From the NCBI GenBank assembly GCA_016839815.1, contig JAEOTM010000187.1:1-64000 (forward strand): 64,000 nt of DNA. Reading direction: 5' to 3'. Shown here one piece after another: positions 61,132 to 64,000 of the stretch. How positions within the stretch are numbered: the first letter of the stretch is position 1; every line of letters starts with the position of its first letter. The notes under the pieces were generated by a model. The model saw nothing but the letters and a program-made list of their open reading frames with translations. It had not been told where the DNA came from and ran no database searches. The position numbers and the translations under genes were made by a program. This DNA comes from Candidatus Hodarchaeota archaeon. GTDB taxonomy: Archaea; Asgardarchaeota; Heimdallarchaeia; Hodarchaeales; Hodarchaeaceae.

Positions 61132-62493
61132 CTATATTTTTTTCCTAAATGTTACGATTATGGTGCTTAAAACAAATAGGGCCACTATTTCAATCCCATA
61201 ACTCGTTATAGAGCTGGTACTTTTCCCATTCGAAGAACTTTCATCCGATTTTGAGGTTGTGACTTCCGAAGTAGTTGAAATTTCTATTTTTGAAGATGTT
61301 TGATTATTGTCGATTTTTTCAAGAATTGAGTAAATTCTTCCATCAAACGCACAAATGTAAATCTCTCCCTGATTGTCTAAACCAAAGGATGCAATATTGA
61401 GATTTGTATCTTTTACTAACATATTTTCGGTCGTAGTTCCATTTTTAGACAGCGCCCAGATTTTACCAGAACCATAGTCACCATAAATGTATTTAGCGTT
61501 TAAAGTTGGGTTCCGTAAACCATAATATACGTATCCACCAGTTATACTGTATCCCTCTAATCGATTATACTCCCAAATTGGAGTTATCAATTCTGTGGTA
61601 TTACAGTTAGGATTATTATAACAATGATTCCCCTCCTGCAAATTCCACCCATAATTTCCTCCCTTTTCAATTATGTCAATTTCTTCATACAGATTTTGTC
61701 CTACATCTCCAGCCCATAATAATGATGTATTATAATCAAAGCTCATACGCCATGGATTGCGTAAACCGTACGCATAGATCTCTTCACGAAAACCTTCCGC
61801 ATTACCAACGAATGGATTATCAGGGGGAATTGAATAATTTTTTTCTAAACTTTTTATGTCAATATTGATCCTTAGAATGGAACCTAAAAGAGATGTTCGA
61901 TCTTGACCATTTTGATTTGGATCACCTGAACCTCCTCCGTCACCTAAAGCTATGTATAAATTACCATCAGGGCCAAAAGTTATTTCACCTCCATTATGAT
62001 TACTGTGAGGTTGTGAAACTTCCAGAATGATAATTTCTGAGCTGATATTTGTTAGATTTTGATTATCCTCTCTCACTTTAAATTCACTAATTACAGTCCT
62101 TCTTGGAGAATCGCGGACATAATTCACATAGAAGAGACCATTCAAAGAAAATTCAGGGTGAAATGCTAAGCCCAATAAACCCTGTTCTCCTCCGTATAGA
62201 ACTTGATCTTTAATATCTAAAAAGACTGTGGTAGAATCATTACTCACAGAAGGGTCAATAATATGGACTTGGCCTGCTTGTTCAACCACGAATAATCTGG
62301 TATCGCCCGTATTGAATATCCCAACTGGTCTAGTGAAGCTGAGGTTGGGAAATGGCACTGAAAGGTCATAATCGGTTACTTCTTGGCGTGTAAATGAAGT
62401 AGAATAAGAAAAATAACCTATAGCTGTAGTTAGAAGGAGAAAAGCTAAGAAAACAGATATTTTTTTAGCTCTAGTGATAGAAAAGTTCTTCAT
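61132..62493 (-). CDS. PQQ-dependent glucose/sorbosone dehydrogenase with a C-terminal membrane anchor
   Basis: GEQGLLGLAFHP, HSNHNGG, GSILRI, YGLRNPWR, GGNYGW; S/T-rich linker, TM and RKK tail. Confidence 0.9.
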   Translation of the reverse strand: MKNFSITRAKKISVFLAFLLLTTAIGYFSYSTSFTRQEVTDYDLSVPFPNLSFTRPVGIFNTGDTRLFVVEQAGQVHIIDPSVSNDSTTVFLDIKDQVLYGGEQGLLGLAFHPEFSLNGLFYVNYVRDSPRRTVISEFKVREDNQNLTNISSEIIILEVSQPHSNHNGGEITFGPDGNLYIALGDGGGSGDPNQNGQDRTSLLGSILRINIDIKSLEKNYSIPPDNPFVGNAEGFREEIYAYGLRNPWRMSFDYNTSLLWAGDVGQNLYEEIDIIEKGGNYGWNLQEGNHCYNNPNCNTTELITPIWEYNRLEGYSITGGYVYYGLRNPTLNAKYIYGDYGSGKIWALSKNGTTTENMLVKDTNLNIASFGLDNQGEIYICAFDGRIYSILEKIDNNQTSSKIEISTTSEVTTSKSDESSSNGKSTSSITSYGIEIVALFVLSTIIVTFRKKI

Positions 62494-62621
62494 TCATAAA
62501 AACCAGATAAAATTACCTTGGTAGAGATATAAGACTTGTTTTGCGAAAAAATTAGGTAGAGGTGGATTATCGAAACATTCTTGATTCCTTAGAATTTGAA
62601 AAGTCAAGAACATTCTGAAAA

Positions 62622-63830
62622 ATGAAGGTGAAGAGAATAACCATTGTAAAGATCCCAGAACAAAGATTTGAGAAGCGTCAGAGGCATTTTCAAAAGATAA
62701 TTAATGAAAAGGGCTTGGCTCATTTTATCGTGTTAAGTCCTAAGTCAATATATTATTTAACTGGATTTACGTTAATTCCTACAGAACGACCCTTTTTTCT
62801 AATCTTCAAAAATGATGAGCTCAATTTTTTTGTCCCTGAACTGGAAAAAATACATGTATTGGAAGAAGTTCCAGGAGTAAAGGAAGTAGGGAGCTACTTT
62901 GAATATCCCGACGAAGTACATCCTTTGATCCATTTTTCAAAATTTCTCAAAAATTCTTTGAAAATTACGAGTAAGATCGGAGCAGAAGGAGGAGGCGCTT
63001 CAGGTTTATGGGGTTATCAAGGGCCATCATTTAAAGAAGTGTTAAAGATACCAGTAGCAATTCATCCAGAGATTATCACTAACATGCGAATTTTAAAAGA
63101 TGCGGATGAACTCGCCTGTATTCGAGAGAGTGCGAAATGGGGAGGTATTGCACACGAATTACTCCAACAATATACCCATGAGGGAGAAAATGAAATCGAT
63201 GTATCGTTTCAGGCATCCCATGAGGCCTCAAAACGGATGAGAGCAGAACTCGGCCCTGATTATTCACCGATTGGATATGGTTCTCGGCCTTGTGGTGCAG
63301 GCTATCGGGGTCAAATTGGAAGTTATAGTGCTATACCACATGCCATGACAAGGAATGCAATATTTCAGAAGGGCGATACATTAGTAACAGGGGCAAGTGC
63401 TAATATTGCAGGATATTTATCCGAACTTGAACGAACAATGTTTCTAGGGGAACCAACTGAGAAGCAGAAAGGATATTTTGCAATAATGATGAAAGCTCAA
63501 GAAGTCGCGTTCAATACGTTAAAGCCAGGTACCCCTGTATCGGAAGTAGATAGAAATTGTCGCAAAGTCTTTAAAGAGAACGGAGTCATGGATCTTGTCC
63601 AACATCATACCGGACATGCGATAGGATTAGAAGCTCACGAACGACCATTTCTAGATAAAGGAATGACTCAAGTAATAATGAAACAGGGTATGGTGTTCAC
63701 TGTCGAGCCTGGAATATATGACAGGTCTATTGGTGGATTCAGACATTCAGATACCGTCATTATTACAGAAGATGGTAATGAGCGAATAACGCAATATCCT
63801 CGTGAACTTGATCAATTGACCATAATGTAG
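62622..63830 (+). CDS. M24 Xaa-Pro aminopeptidase/dipeptidase
   Basis: SAIPH, SELERT, HHTGHAIGL.AHE, TVEPGIY, GFRHSDT. Confidence 0.92.
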   Translation: MKVKRITIVKIPEQRFEKRQRHFQKIINEKGLAHFIVLSPKSIYYLTGFTLIPTERPFFLIFKNDELNFFVPELEKIHVLEEVPGVKEVGSYFEYPDEVHPLIHFSKFLKNSLKITSKIGAEGGGASGLWGYQGPSFKEVLKIPVAIHPEIITNMRILKDADELACIRESAKWGGIAHELLQQYTHEGENEIDVSFQASHEASKRMRAELGPDYSPIGYGSRPCGAGYRGQIGSYSAIPHAMTRNAIFQKGDTLVTGASANIAGYLSELERTMFLGEPTEKQKGYFAIMMKAQEVAFNTLKPGTPVSEVDRNCRKVFKENGVMDLVQHHTGHAIGLEAHERPFLDKGMTQVIMKQGMVFTVEPGIYDRSIGGFRHSDTVIITEDGNERITQYPRELDQLTIM

Positions 63831-63842
63831 AGGTGAAAAATA

Positions 63843-64000
63843 CTGTCGGAACTTCTACTACAAGGGATTGAATTCATAAGACATGTTGAGAATGAAAAAG
63901 CAATTGATGTATTAAAAAAGGCTATAGAAGTCGATCCGCAGAATCCCGAGGCCTATCGACACCTCGGATTAGCATTTTTTAACGTTGGAGAATATTCCAA
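63843..64000 (+). CDS. TPR-repeat protein, partial, runs off the right edge
   Basis: Manual translation LSELLLQGIEF..EKAIDVLKKAIEVDPQNPEAYRHLGLAFFNVGEYS fits the TPR consensus; GAGGTGA RBS at 63830-63836. Confidence 0.75.
   Translation, partial: MSELLLQGIEFIRHVENEKAIDVLKKAIEVDPQNPEAYRHLGLAFFNVGEYS

Overview
AT-rich, gene-dense archaeal DNA, most likely from an Asgard archaeon (Heimdallarchaeia/Hodarchaeales-like). This assignment is inferred from HerA-NurA, MfnA, GGTGA-type ribosome-binding sites, a PGF/CTERM-anchored solute-binding protein, and several eukaryotic-signature proteins (Rag GTPases, longin/uDENN, PCI/wHTH plus Zn finger). I saw no rRNA, tRNA, CRISPR array or mobile element. In order, the window holds: herA-nurA; mfnA, a reductive-dehalogenase-like gene and a 2-hydroxyacid dehydrogenase; a sugar ABC importer with oversized permeases; a glycosyltransferase/GH13_18 cluster resembling compatible-solute metabolism; a 4xPAS degenerate kinase and a 7TM-longin protein; a gluconate operon (FGGY kinase interrupted by one in-frame TGA, LarA-family epimerase, gnd); a DrrAB-type ABC exporter; small membrane and regulatory genes; an acyl-CoA operon; endonuclease IV; a PQQ sugar dehydrogenase; an M24 peptidase; and a partial TPR gene. 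The standout is 39.5-53.3 kb. A ~3,085-aa single-pass surface protein (3x DUF2341/LamG, 11 Ig-like repeats) has a cytoplasmic tail resembling a folliculin/SMCR8-type longin domain with an apparently intact GAP arginine-finger motif. It is clustered with two divergently transcribed Rag/Gtr-family GTPases and a second uDENN/longin protein. Together these form a candidate receptor-to-Rag-GTPase signalling module. All family calls come from reading motifs by eye and from recalled family sequences; no database search was run.
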